From Bugula neritina (taxonomy: Eukaryota > Animalia > Bryozoa), in contig OZ037772.1 of the NCBI GenBank assembly GCA_964035545.1, forward strand, positions 2,170,001 to 2,234,000: 64,000 nucleotides of DNA, read 5' to 3'. Positions within the stretch are counted from its first letter, which is position 1. The number at the start of each line of letters is the position of its first letter. A program made the position numbers and the translations under genes. Shown here in pieces: positions 13,153-28,700 of this stretch. The notes beneath the pieces are model-generated. The model saw only the letters and a list, made by a program, of their open reading frames with translations. It made no database searches and had not been told where the DNA came from.

Positions 13153-14089
13153 CCTTAGTATATATAGAACCTGTAACTAACTAAACAGACACCTCAGTAG
13201 TCGTGGCAGACTCTGCCTTCTGTTTAGCCTGCTTAGCTTGAAACTTGGCTAGTTTAGCAGCTTTAGCAGCTTCTTTCTTCAACTCTTTCTCAGATTTCAC
13301 CTTGACCTCGCCAGTTGGCGCATCACCAGAGTTCACTTCCGACATGTTCGTTTATTGTGAGACTTTCCTTAAAACACAATCAGCCGGCATGGAACTAATA
13401 GATATCTCAATACTAAACATACAAACTACTGACCCAGTATAGTTATAGACAGATATCTCAATACTAATAATATAAACTAATGGCTCAGTATTGCGTTAGT
13501 TATGCGTGGGGGTTCAGTGATAACACGCCTATAAACCACACAGTTCAATAATGAAAGACTGTGACTTTTCACGAACAGACATCTCATCTCTGATTCTAAT
13601 GGAAAATCACGAAATTTTCAGACAAACGATACTACATTTCAACTTTGTGACTATCACATGATAATAATCATTGTCATTTGAAAGATTCTGCTAAAATCGA
13701 AATGCCAATGTTAATCACAAGGTCAACCATAAATGACTCAGTCTGATGACTGACAATTATGCTTAATGATTAATTAGTAATATGAATAGATTGCAAGTGA
13801 TCAGCATGATGATGGTGATGATTGCTTTTCACCATCAAAGGTCAAACTTTGTAATTGCAGCTTGAAATGTAAAATTAAATAATATTACTTTTATTTAATT
13901 ATACAAGTATAACTTACTATCATAACAACATTCAACTTTATGTAGTCATTATAAACATGATAATGGTTTACCTTTTACTGCAGGTAATCATTATACTATT
14001 CACGATTATAAATATAATTAATATAATTGTATTTATTGAAACTAAAATAATAAGGTAAACTAAATGAATTATCGACATGAGTGTGAGTA

Positions 14090-14480
14090 TGAGTAAGCCA
14101 CAACTAGAAGGTGCAGCAGCAATTTGAGATCCCCGTTTGCAATACCTCATCAAAGATATAGAACAGGTGCAAAATAATGCAATCAGATTCATTGCTATAT
14201 TGAAAGGCAGAGACAGTATCACTGTGACGCGTGACAAACTAAACCTAGAATCTCTCCCTGACAGACGCTTCAAGCTGAAGCACAAGTTACTGTTGCGACT
14301 TCTATCTAATGAGGGAAATCAGGCATCTCTAACCAACTCCTATGAACTGATGGACAGTAAAACCTAAAATACTAGGTTTACTAAGGCATCAAGCAGGGAC
14401 GATCCCTCAACCATTTTTGCAAAATCAGCAGCCTACTACAGCAGCTTCTTTTCAAAAACAGCCCGAGAGCTTAAGTCTAT
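14090..14480 (+). mobile_element. LINE ORF2 3' fragment (CR1/L2-group-like), decayed
   Basis: KPQLEGAAAI*DP...IKDIEQVQNNAIRFI...LNLESLPDRR matches the typical post-RT RPxLEYAxxxWDP / IExVQxxAxRF / LxLxSLxxRR motifs. Confidence 0.75.
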
Positions 14481-15337
14481 GCTAAATAATTAGTCAATAC
14501 ATCAGAGTTGTATATGTGCAACATACTGAAAATACTTGCTAGCCTGTAATCGGCAACTGTAGAGGTGTGCCTCTTGCTACATGCTCTAATGCGTGTAAGA
14601 GGTAAGAGGATTATCAATATGACTATCAATATTAGTAGGAGTACCCAAGTACCAGTAGACATAGTAGCTGTAGAAAGTCTATCCCAATCAGTAACTGTAA
14701 GCCGTGAGGGCTGAGACTATAACTAGGAATATAAAAAACTATAACTTGAGTATAACTAATTGAAGGTGAGTTAACATAAATTAAAAAATAATAAATATAA
14801 TTACTACAACATCAAAATGAAATATGCATTATAAATATTTATATTTTAATTTTATAATATTTTTTTAATTTATTTATATCATTTTATTTAGGTTCATCAC
14901 CTTTCATTATGATTAATGAAATTCATAAATCATATTCATAACGATAATGATAATTACTTAAAAAAAATGAAAAGTGATAAACCCATAAATGATAATCATA
15001 ATGATTATTATTATCATTTATCGCTTATCACTGATAATCATAATCATAAAGATAATCTTGATCATAATCAATATGAATATCAATATCATGTTATACTTAT
15101 TCAATAATTATAACTGATTGATTCTTATTCATATTAATAATGAATAAAAAATTATATAAACACTACAACTTACTTAATTAGAGTATTAGTATTACTATTA
15201 GTATTACTATTAGTATTAGTATTACTATTAGTATTACTTACAACTTGCTTATGCAAGGGAATTAAATCTTTAAAGCGTAGCATCCTTTTCAAGCAAAATA
15301 AGGATAATAAGTTTCGTCAAATTGAGTTAAAAACTAC

Positions 15338-15833
15338 AACTTATAAGTCACAAGTACAAAGCAACTTATGCTCAGTCATCACTAATCCTAGTGGGTACGG
15401 CAAGCATATAGCATAATTTATTTCACAATGCGACAAGATTATCTAGACGGTGCGCTTACGCCTCTCATTGTACTTAAGCAATATTCAATTGTACGGTTTT
15501 TATGACTTTAAAATCCGTTTTTAAGAAGCAAGGCTAGATCGATATTGACTCGCTAAGAGCTTTCATGTAAACCCGCAAACTTATAAGTCACAAGTATAAA
15601 GCAACTTATGCTCAGTCATCACTAATCCTAGTGGGTACGGCAAGCATATAGCATAATTTATTTCACAATGCGACAAGATTATCTAGACGGTGCGCTTACG
15701 CCTCTCATTGTACTTAAGCAATATTCAATTGTACGGTTTTTATGACTTTAAAATCCGTTTTTGAGAAGCAAGGCTAGATAGAAGTTAATGATCGATATTG
15801 ACTCGCTAAGAGTACTCATGTAAACCCGCAAAC
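15338..15833. repeat. 240-bp tandem duplication (2 near-identical copies)
   Basis: AACTTATAAGTCACAAGT... starts at both 15338 and 15578; the second copy has a short insertion. Confidence 0.9.
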
Positions 15834-16242
15834 TACAACTTTTAACTTGACCGCAAAGCTGGAAGTACGATAAGCGTCGCCGTATTGATTTCAGGCGAAT
15901 TTTAGTTGATTTCTTTCAAACTGCTGAGAAGTAATATTTGCTTCCATTTTATGTCTGATCGCGATGTAATTATAAATGTTCCTAATTCAATCAATATTAT
16001 GAAATAATTAATGTAGGAAATTCAATTTTGACTATATAGAATAATCTCAATCTGAATAAGTATTATTTATTTATTGTAACACTTGCACATCGTCTTAGCC
16101 TAGGGCCACACGACGCGTATTTTCGCACTCGTCGTGTGCGAAATGTCGCAAAAGTGAAAAAAGGAGTTTACTGTACGCGAATTTCATGCGTTGAAAATGC
16201 TGAACGGCAAGTGCGAAGATTTTTCTGTCGTCCTTACCTAAT

Positions 16243-17315
16243 AGACGATGTATGTTTGGTACAATTAGTACCTTGTACTAAATCTAAAACACTCACCACT
16301 ATAACTTATATAAACTTCTGCAAGTTCAAATGCAAAATGCATACTTCTAGAAAATAGCTGTGCAACTTTTATTACATGCATTACTTTATTTCATATCTTA
16401 ACTTTATGAACCATGAGTTCATTTTTCAAAATGTTTAAATTAAATGCTTAAAAAATGCATTTAAAAAATGTATTCCTGCAAAAATGCCCTGGAGCAGCTT
16501 GACCACAACCCCAGCTGTTCTGGCAAAACACATTTAATGGTTTTTTTATTGACATAGTGGTGAATGAGCTAGTTGTTTTTGGCAGTTGAATATAGCCACG
16601 TTGCAGGCAATTTTATACGATTCTGATTGGCTGGACTCTACATGACCAGCTAATGATTGTATCTGATAGGCCTAATAATGCATTTGTCTTTGAAAATGTA
16701 GAGTTTTATATGAGTTATAGTGGTGATATTTTAGAGTTGGTACACGCCCCTTTTTGGTTGAGTTTTATAGTCTGATCATGCTGTAGTCATCTACAACACT
16801 TGAGTGTATGGGGAAATTATTAGTATTACGAAATCTGTTTTGGCTTACTTTGCTATGCCAGTTTTCTGACTTGGTTTGTAAGCAACTATGTAGGCAGTTA
16901 TAACTTAGGATGATTTCATCAAAGGTAGACATTACTTAGGCCTTAGAACATCAAATCAACCAGTGCTGTTACTTGGTTGTATTGTAAAGCATTATCGAGA
17001 GCATAGCGCACTAGCACAGTCACTGAGCTGCAATGGCAGTGCATGCTACACCAAACTTATCAGTTCTATTATAATATCTTATGTAAGGCACGTAAAACAC
17101 TAGGCTAGTCTCTGTTAGTATGTAAAGTAGTAGCACAGTTACAGCAGTCACACCACTCCTCTCTATCCTGTCTACCAAGCACAGAGGTTGCAATAATGAT
17201 AATCATTTCATGGTTTAGTTTTAAATCCATGCATACTACTAAATACATTCTCATAGTCTGGTTACTTTGTGTGCTTCAGTTTACTTTGATGTACTTATTC
17301 AAAAAATTATTTCAC
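16243..17315 (+). repeat. Left TIR of the ISL2EU element
   Basis: Reverse complement of 24455-25527; identical wherever spot-checked except near the inner end. Confidence 0.93.
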
Positions 17316-18229
17316 AAGCTCATTACAAATGCATTAGCCTAGCTATAGCCATAAATTATTTGCTTGTGTACCCAATACTATTTTATTTTAAATTTGTAGA
17401 ACAGCATTTTTTTACTCCGTCACATATTCATCTGCATTGAGTTTAAATGCACAGGTATTAGCAATAGATAATGTAGACATTTTGTATAAAAATGAGTATT
17501 AGCATGTAGTGCCTTGCATGTGGGTCTATATTGTTAGTTGGTATTATCACCATGGTACCATGTTGATAACCCTTTCTTGTATACGATTTACTTAGCTAAA
17601 CAGTATGATTATTCTACAAATGTAATGACATCAGCCATGGGACAATATAGTTTAGTTTCTTTTAACTGTGAAGTAATGTTTTATGCAATTTGCCACGTTT
17701 GTATAAGTGATATTAAAGTTGAACTTCTCAGTCTCAAGTCATTGCTGGATGAAACATCTGTACTTAGCTCTGAAGCTAATGCAATAACATCAACAACTTT
17801 ACTAATGAGTTTCCAATACATCTTTTAGTCAGTTGGGTAAAATACAAAGGCTTTCTCCTAATAATTTGGAATGTTAGAATAAACGGTCATTAAACATTGG
17901 GCTTGAATATTTTTTCATATTGTGTGATGCAACATGATAGCTACAGAGAAAATGTCGATTCCATCAAAACGAAGGCATTATATTTCAACGCTGACTGCAT
18001 ACAATATTGGTACTAACAGAATATTATTTATGCATAAGTTAGCATTTTATAAAATGAGTATCAAGTCTGAGCTGCCATTTACTTTCACCCAAAATCCTTC
18101 TCAACAATCATTGAGATAAGCAGATATGACAAAAGTATAATAATATCAGACTTTTATTTATAAAGCATAGTGGTATAGCACATACGTTATATACAATAGC
18201 ACATCAAGAAGAATATTATTATAAAAGTG

Positions 18230-20353
<2,124 letters not shown>

Positions 20354-21779
20354 GCCGATCTGTAAAATGCCAAGCAAAATATTCGGTATTGGATTAGATT
20401 CCTACCAGAACAAAACCTGATAACTAAATGTGTGTTACAAAAGATAGTGAAAGTTTTTTCCCCAACATAAATGCTTGCATGCTGTAAAGTTAAGGAATAT
20501 ACCACAGATATTTTGGAATATAAGTTGTCAACACAGTTTTGTGCTAAAGCCAGTAATTAATGTTGGTAACTTTGAGTAAGTAACAGTTGAGGAAATTTGA
20601 TATAGTAGCCATTGTTGACTGAAACCTTTACCTGTTTGCAAAAGGTTGTGCATTTAATAAGAACAGCATTTGAAAAATTGCTCACAAGCATCTCAGCCCT
20701 TCACAGTAAACTGATTGAAATAAATCTATTTTTAGCCAGATCTAGTTGGAAATGCAAAAAGTGAAAGACTAACAAATTTTTATCTATTACTAAAATACAT
20801 AGACTGCATATGCTCAATAAACTTCTGTGCTTTGCTACAGAACTATCCAAATGTGGACAGAAATAACATGTTCAGCGACTGACTTTAGTTAATTATTGTT
20901 GAAATAGTTACTCACCTTTTGTGTAGCTACTATAATCCACTAAATCTCATTATGAGGAGATGAGTATGAGTACCAGCATGCCCGAGTACGGTACAAACTA
21001 ATGACATAACCATAAGTTTCTAACAGAAGGTATTTGTATTATAATATAGCAAGCAAAACATAAGTGATATCCTTAGCAGATTTTACATTTACAACATGAA
21101 TGTAAATGATTGTCAGACACCCACAGTATGATTCACTCATGCTGTCGCAACAACAAATTTCTCATTAAAATTCCTAGTTCCGATTAGATAGAATACGTCA
21201 GCAAGCTCTGTGATGTGATTCATTTGCCTTCTGTTTACTGTTGGATTTAGGGTTATACCATTATTGTTAGGGTTACTGTCCTTATCTCCCTACCTCTGCT
21301 GGCTATGTAGCTACCTTTGGGCTATGCAGTGAATGTATACCATAGTTTAATACTCATCAGCTGCAGTAGTTTTAGAGATACAGCAAAACGCAGCTCAGTT
21401 TGAAAACTCTTCACAACTTTATTAGAACTAGCTTTTTTGCTTTCTTATAAAAACTGCCATTATTTGTGACCTTTGCTTTATTCAATTTTATAGAGATTTG
21501 TATACATGAGCCAACAGGTTAGTTATATTTTATACATATTTTACTCAAAATTAATAGTTATAAAGACACACCATACCATATTGCAACAAATACTGTTTCT
21601 CTAGTAAATAATTCTATTTTCTTTCTCTGTGTACTGATGCCTGTTACACATTCTTAGGTAACTTCATTTATGTACAAATATCACTTTTTATTATGATGAT
21701 CAATTTAACTTATTTTGTGTTTTTACCAGCAAACATAAAAATAAACTTGTAATATCCTGGACCAGCTACAGTTGTGAAC

Positions 21780-24101
21780 ATGGCATTAGCAGTTTCTCCA
21801 AAAGAAAAACAATTGACAGAGACATTTGAAGAAATTTCTACATGGAAAGTAACTGCTCTAAAAGAATATCTAAAAATCAGAAACTTGCCACATAGTAAAA
21901 AAAGTAAGGTTGAGTTAATCTCTTTAGTTTATGGAGCAATGCACCTTGACTATCAGCCTGCAAAGTCGGCAATAGAGATGGAAGCACAAAGCAAACGGGA
22001 ATATTTAGATCTTCTTAAAACTAATGACGGCACAGTAATACTGGATCCACTGACTATTAAAGATTGGAGTGAAGAAAGAGACAGTATTTCAATGTGGCCA
22101 AAAGTTTTATTTAGTGATCTTGTTATGTATGTGAACGAAGCCAACACTGCTCTTTCTGCAGAAATGTATAGCAGATATAAGCAAGGAAAAGCCTATGCAT
22201 ATTTTGCGGATGATTGGGTTAGCACCATAAAATATTACCATGAACCTTCATCTAATGTAGCATATTTTACAACAGTGTGTAGACCTAGTGAAAGAATTTC
22301 TGCAACCCCACATAGTGTTTGGATTGCTTGCCTTCAAATAACTGGGAAGATACTTTCTGCTTGGTGCAGCTGTACTGCAGGGTAAGCAATGACATGATAT
22401 TATATTCCGGCTCTATCAAATTTTTCAAATGACTTAATGATAGTTATAAATAAGTATTGTGTGCAAATTTTGCCAGAGTATGATTTTCTGTGTTTTTAAA
22501 AAATATTTACATATCATGCTGAACTAAATTTTTTATTTCAGGCTTAGCTCCTCTTGCAACCATATAGCAGCAGTTGTTTTCAAACTTGATTATATATCCC
22601 AAAAAGAGCCATTCAAAAGAAGTTGCACTGACGGAGAGTGCAACTGGAAACGCTCCACCAAAAGTGTGTGTACACCAAGGCGTCTTGCTGACCTTTATTT
22701 TTTTAAACCAGATTATAAAAAAGGTAAGCATCAAGAATAAAGTAGAGAAAATATTTGGCTTAAATTGTTAAAGTAACTTTGTTTATGACTGTTACTTAGC
22801 GAATTTTTTACTAAAATAATAATTGAGTTAATAAATATTATTTTAACTGTTGGTAAAATAGAATTAGGGTGCCATTTATAGTTATAACTGCTGCACTTTA
22901 CTGTTTACAGGAAAAGACAGGAATTGTGCCCGAATGCATAGAAGAGTGGCTACTAGTAACAATGGAGGTGTAATTTTCAAAGAGTGGGAGGAAGAACTTA
23001 AAATCTTTGCTAGTGAGAGTACATATATTCTTGAAAAATATGGTAAAAAACCAAGCCTTGAAGAATGGCAAAAAGTTCAAGAAACCACATTATTAAAAGG
23101 TACAACACATAAGGAGTACTATGTCTGACCATCTAAATGTTCTATTTTCTGTAATACTGCATATGTTTGATATACACAACAAAAATTTTGTGTTGTGTAT
23201 GTACATTAAGCATACATATAGATTGATAAGTTTTCTTATAGAAGTTGAACCATTTAAAGATCTGGTTATGTCAACCCTGGCAGAGAGCGCAGATAGTCCA
23301 GAGCATTTCTCTAAATTGGTCAGAACCATGTCCATAACAAGAAATCAAGTGTGGGAAATAGAAGCAGCAACAGTGAAGCAGAGTGACAGCCCCCTTTGGA
23401 AATTTCTCAGACATGGCCGAATTACTGCTTCTAATTTCTATCGTGTGAAGACACGAATGGAATCTCAAGTTAAGGACGCACGTACTGACATGAGCAAATT
23501 AGTAAGCTCATTAATAAGCCCAGGAGACATAAGCTCTGTACCTTCCATTCAGCATGGCCGCTCAATGGAAGCTAAAGCAAAACAGACATACTTAAATTTA
23601 AACAGCCCTCATCACAAGAAACTAACTGTTAGGGACTGTGGACTGTTTTTGTCCACAGAGTTTGCATTTTTAGGTGCTTCCCCTGATGGGATAGTGAGCT
23701 GTGAGTGTCACGGGGAAGGCATTCTGGAAATTAAGTGCCCGGCTTTAGACGATCTCCCATCATTCAATACAGTTTCCTTTCTAAAAAAATCTTTCGATGG
23801 CACAAAGTCAATCCTCAAAAAGAAACACCAATATTATGGCCAAGTACAAGGTCAGCTTAAAATAACTAAAGCCGAATATTGTGATTTTTTTGTATTTACT
23901 GTTAGGGGAAGTGTAACTCAACGCATAACACATGACTTGAGATTCACAGAAACCATGTTCATCAAACTGTCCAGATTTTTTAACGATTATCTCAGCCCAG
24001 CATTTTGGCTGCAGCATAATCAAACTGAGGAGCCTTCAAAAAAGCAGACCTGTTTTTCAGAAATAGAAACAAAGCCTTTAGCTGCAGCAAAAATGGAGTG
24101 A
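21780..24101 (+). CDS. SAP-like + SWIM zinc finger + YqaJ (lambda-exonuclease-family) protein, 4 exons (21780-22381, 22542-22723, 22911-23099, 23242-24101), 610 aa
   Basis: WKVTALKEYLKIRNLP..SKVELI (SAP-like); CSCTAG|LSSSCNH (SWIM, split by intron 1); W..LRHGRITAS, GASPDG, LEIKCP and YYGQVQGQL (YqaJ). All GT-AG phases are consistent and the frame is open. Confidence 0.9.
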
Positions 24102-24454
24102 AAGTTAAAATACTGAAAGTAGGTCTTTCCTTGATCTTCATTTTGGACTGAGGTTTTGTATGACTGCCACTGATTTAATACAAATATATGCATATTTTGT
24201 TTATATACATTAACTATTTCATTTGTTTTGAAACTTATTATTTTTATACCAAGCCTTATTTTTATAAATAAATAGTTAATACAAGACTAGGTCAAATATG
24301 ATCTGAAGATATTATACAAATGTAAATGCTTTTAATTCATAATAATATATAGATTTCAACTAAGAGAGCCGAAAGAAAGCTCGCGAACTCACACATATAT
24401 AGATAAAAGTCTACATGCATTGTCTGTTGTTAACAACTGTTGACAAAATGCTAG

Positions 24455-25527
24455 GTGAAACAATTTTTTGAATAAGTACATCAAAGTAAACTGAAGCACA
24501 CAAAGTAACCAGACTATGAGAATGTATTTAGTAGTATGCATGGATTTAAAACTAAACCATGAAATGATTATCATTATTGCAACCTCTGTGCTTGGTAGAC
24601 AGGATAGAGAGGAGTGGTGTGACTGCTGTAACTGTGCTACTACTTTACATACTAACAGAGACTAGCCTAGTGTTTTACGTGCCTTACATAAGATATTATA
24701 ATAGAACTGATAAGTTTGGTGTAGCATGCACTGCCATTGCAGCTCAGTGACTGTGCTAGTGCGCTATGCTCTCGATAATGCTTTACAATACAACCAAGTA
24801 ACAGCACTGGTTGATTTGATGTTCTAAGGCCTAAGTAATGTCTACCTTTGATGAAATCATCCTAAGTTATAACTGCCTACATAGTTGCTTACAAACCAAG
24901 TCAGAAAACTGGCATAGCAAAGTAAGCCAAAACAGATTTCGTAATACTAATAATTTCCCCATACACTCAAGTGTTGTAGATGACTACAGCATGATCAGAC
25001 TATAAAACTCAACCAAAAAGGGGCGTGTACCAACTCTAAAATATCACCACTATAACTCATATAAAACTCTACATTTTCAAAGACAAATGCATTATTAGGC
25101 CTATCAGATACAATCATTAGCTGGTCATGTAGAGTCCAGCCAATCAGAATCGTATAAAATTGCCTGCAACGTGGCTATATTCAACTGCCAAAAACAACTA
25201 GCTCATTCACCACTATGTCAATAAAAAAACCATTAAATGTGTTTTGCCAGAACAGCTGGGGTTGTGGTCAAGCTGCTCCAGGGCATTTTTGCAGGAATAC
25301 ATTTTTTAAATGCATTTTTTAAGCATTTAATTTAAACATTTTGAAAAATGAACTCATGGTTCATAAAGTTAAGATATGAAATAAAGTAATGCATGTAATA
25401 AAAGTTGCACAGCTATTTTCTAGAAGTATGCATTTTGCATTTGAACTTGCAGAAGTTTATATAAGTTATAGTGGTGAGTGTTTTAGATTTAGTACAAGGT
25501 ACTAATTGTACCAAACATACATCGTCT
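24455..25527 (-). repeat. Right TIR of the ISL2EU element
   Basis: Reverse complement of 16243-17315. Confidence 0.93.
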
Positions 25528-25721
25528 ATTGGCTGGTAGTTATTTAGCGAGCCCGGTTTTCCTAATTTGCTACTCTTTCCATTAAATTGCGCATTATTTG
25601 TTGTATAGCGAGTAATATTTAAAAAGCAACATTTCTAGCCGTGTAAGTTTTCTACTTTCTGTGTATGTTTCTGCTATTCAGAATAGTCAAATTGATGTAA
25701 TCAAACATTTTATAGATAAAA

Positions 25722-28700
25722 ATGAACTGGCAAGAGAAGTTGATTAATGCAGTGAGTAATTTTCTTTACAATTCTTATAAAATTTGTGATAAAAAATGGC
25801 ACTTTTTCAATTTCTCCGTGAGTTTCACTATGTCATACATTCAAAGTCAGTCATTCAGATTCAGTTATACTTATTGGCAATACTCATACTCATAGTGATA
25901 GTCGAACTCAATCAGTCAATGTGAATGTCATAGTGATTGTTAGATTACCACAATGTAATAGTATGTCTTACCAGTGATAAAGCTGCTAGATGAAAGAGAC
26001 CGTTCACTCTGTTTGTCTGGGTTTTATCTGCTTTAGCTTGTAGCTATCTCAGCTATACGGTGGCTGGTAGGGCAACTCTTAGTAACACGATAGCTCAAGT
26101 ATCTGATAGGCTATTGTCATTAGCTAAACTCTCAGCGTGCCACTATAACATGCCCCCTTCCAATAAAGGCTGGTGACCACCTGCTAAAACTAAGCATTTC
26201 AATTACATACTATTTCTAAAAGCTATAAGCTGATGAGTACCACATGTCTGTGGGTAAACTTACTCACCTCTATTTGCCAGAAACTGTAAACACAAGCTTT
26301 AACTATTTGTAATTTAGTAGTTCGCGAGTCAGTGTGTCGTTGAGTGTGTGAGTAAATAAGTAGGTGAGTAAGTTAGGTGAGTAGGTTGTTTAGTGTGTCG
26401 GTAAGTGTGTAAGTAAGTGAGTTGGGATCGGAGGATGTTCTCACCCTCTTCTCCCTTAGTCTCAGTTGCCTGAGACTGACCAGAACCTCAATGCAGTGCT
26501 TCGGGATTAGAAGATGTTTCCATCTTCACCTCCCCAGTCTCAGTTGCCTGAGGCTGACTAGGACTGTAGGTCGGTCTCAGACCAAGGTCTGAACCACCAT
26601 GTACACCGGGGGTCTGGGGCTCTACGGCCATTGACTCCTCCCAAGTGTCGTCCCGAGGGCAACCTGGGGTCGGCGACTCCTCTACGGCCTTTGACTCCTC
26701 CTGGTTACCACTGGGACCTTCCGCAACTGTGGTTGCAGGGTTTAGTATTGTGCTACCCAACCCTCTGGAATGCACGTTGGCCACGCTGGCCCAGTTTTCG
26801 ATTGCTACTTTAATAGCCATTGAGCACTGATACTCCTTTTCCAAGAGACTCTCTCGCTCACTGATCTCTTCCATTTGCCTGTTGAACTTTCGTTGAAGTT
26901 CTTGCTTTTTTCTATTTAATTCCTCTTTCCTTAGTGCATAAGCCTTCCCATCCAGGAAGTCGCACCCCGTCAAGCCATTCAGGAACCCTGAAACTTCACT
27001 GACAATAACATTTTTAGGCTTTAATGCATGAACATAGCTTGATGATGTAGCTACACCACCAGAGGCAACACTTGCATAGTTTGATTTCTGACTACCTGAA
27101 ACCTTGGCTAATTTTGGTGCTGGATCTTGAGAGTCAACACCATTAACAGCCTTCCGCTTGAAGCTAGAAGGTGCGTGACTACAGTCTGAGGTTTTGTGTT
27201 GGGCTGCGACACAACACCAACTGCAATAGACTTCTCTGCAGTCCTCCACCCAATGACCTTTCTGCCCACACCTGTAACACTTATTATTGGGACAGTCTCG
27301 GGCAGAGTGATCCCTGAAGCATCTACAGATGGCACACCTAATTGTGCCCTTGTTGCCACATACCTCATGTGGCTTCTTAAGCTTAGCCTTATCTTCTGTA
27401 TTCTTGGGCTTACCCTGGGGGTTAGCTACTTTTACCGTTTCTTTATGTCTTCCTGAGGGTCCGGCTTTAGACCAAGAGTCCATGTCGGGTTCCCCTATAC
27501 CTTCCTTCTCTTTCTCACTATTGCTCATTGTTTGTCTCTTTCTCTATCTATATATTGTTTTTCTCAAGTTTTTTAAAACGATATCTATAAAAAACACATT
27601 ATTATTTATACCTCTGCATGTTTAGTCTATTAGGAGGTTTGCTTAGTCTCCCCCGTCTAGTATGCGTAATTTCTCCTTGTTCAGGAGGAAATAACTTGCT
27701 GTCATTGCCATCATATAGTCAGCTTGCAAATCTGACTCTCCTATAACCCTTATTCCTATCACTACTCCCACTACTTGACCTATAAGGTTTGGTCTCTCTT
27801 TCAGGGCAATCTTTAGTGGTGTGCCCTCGGCAGTTACACACGAAGCACCTTACATCAGGGCAGTCCCTAATTCTATGATCATGTTTTTTACAATGATAGC
27901 AAAGATTTCCTTCTCTTCTAGGGGAGCTAAACCTTTTAGACCTAGAATGATAGTAACCCGAATTCGGTCTATCTACGAGAGGTTTTTCATCCCTCCTCCT
28001 TCGTTGGCTTGAACAGAATTTATCCCTACTATTGTAATGTTGTTTACTATGATCATCAGAGCTATTACTAGATCCACTCGAGCTTCTACTTCTATAGTGG
28101 TCACTATTCCTAAGGCTACTTCTCAAATAAGGTCTCCACTTTATTCTAGATCTAGAAACCCTATTAACAGAATAACTGTCACAGTTGTCACTGCTACTGT
28201 TTCTAGTCTGCTTAAGAGAACTTACAGCCCCGACTTCTTGTTTGATGTCCACTATTGTCCTAGCTTCATTTAAAAGTAGGTATGAGTCTCTAGCTAGCTT
28301 TTTTGCTTTAGGCTTGGTATTTAAGTTGTGAGGATGAAAGAGAATACTTGCTGAGAGTAGGAAAACTTAGTAGAGAATTAGGTTTAGGTGCTGGGACCGA
28401 GGATGTTAGAAGGAGACTTAGTGTTGCCTTAGCAGTAAATGGCTTGCGCGATACTAATGCTAGGAGACAATTATTGCAAGAACCCGATTTATCCTGGGAC
28501 GACTTAAATACCAAGCTTAAAGCAAAAAAACTAGCTAGAGACTCAGACCTACTTTTAAATGAAGCTAGGACAATAGTGGACGTCAAACAAGAAGTCGGGG
28601 CTGTAAGTTCTCTTAAGCAGACTAGAAACAGTAGCAGTGTCACAGTTGTCACTGCTACTGTTTCTAGTCTGCTTAAGAGAACTTACAGCCCCGACTTCTT

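Larger units (their letters stand above)
3732..13345 (-). pseudogene. VARS1: Valyl-tRNA synthetase, 3'-truncated unprocessed pseudogene (14 recognisable exons)
   Basis: GT-AG exons at 13345-13193, 12812-12741, 11776-11669, 11517-11391, 11023-10859, 10581-10500, 10328-10209, 9904-9751, 9170-9036, 8079-7987, 7526-7445, 7164-7003, 6050-5945 and 3816-3732. They encode [15 protein letters not shown] (HIGH motif), [44 protein letters not shown] and VLDTWFSS. Lesions: in-frame TGA at 11008-11010; TAG at 3767-3769 plus a frameshift in the last exon; exon 2/3 phase mismatch; no AVKITPAHD exon; no KMSKS or anticodon-binding half in the window. Confidence 0.9.

Noticed and set aside
23121-24101. YqaJ ORF as a prophage, viral insert or contamination
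   Set aside because: It has spliceosomal introns and lies within a TIR/TSD-bounded ISL2EU element, where YqaJ is expected.
26488-27528. ORF3 as a retroviral-type env
   Set aside because: No signal peptide, fusion peptide or transmembrane helix is visible.
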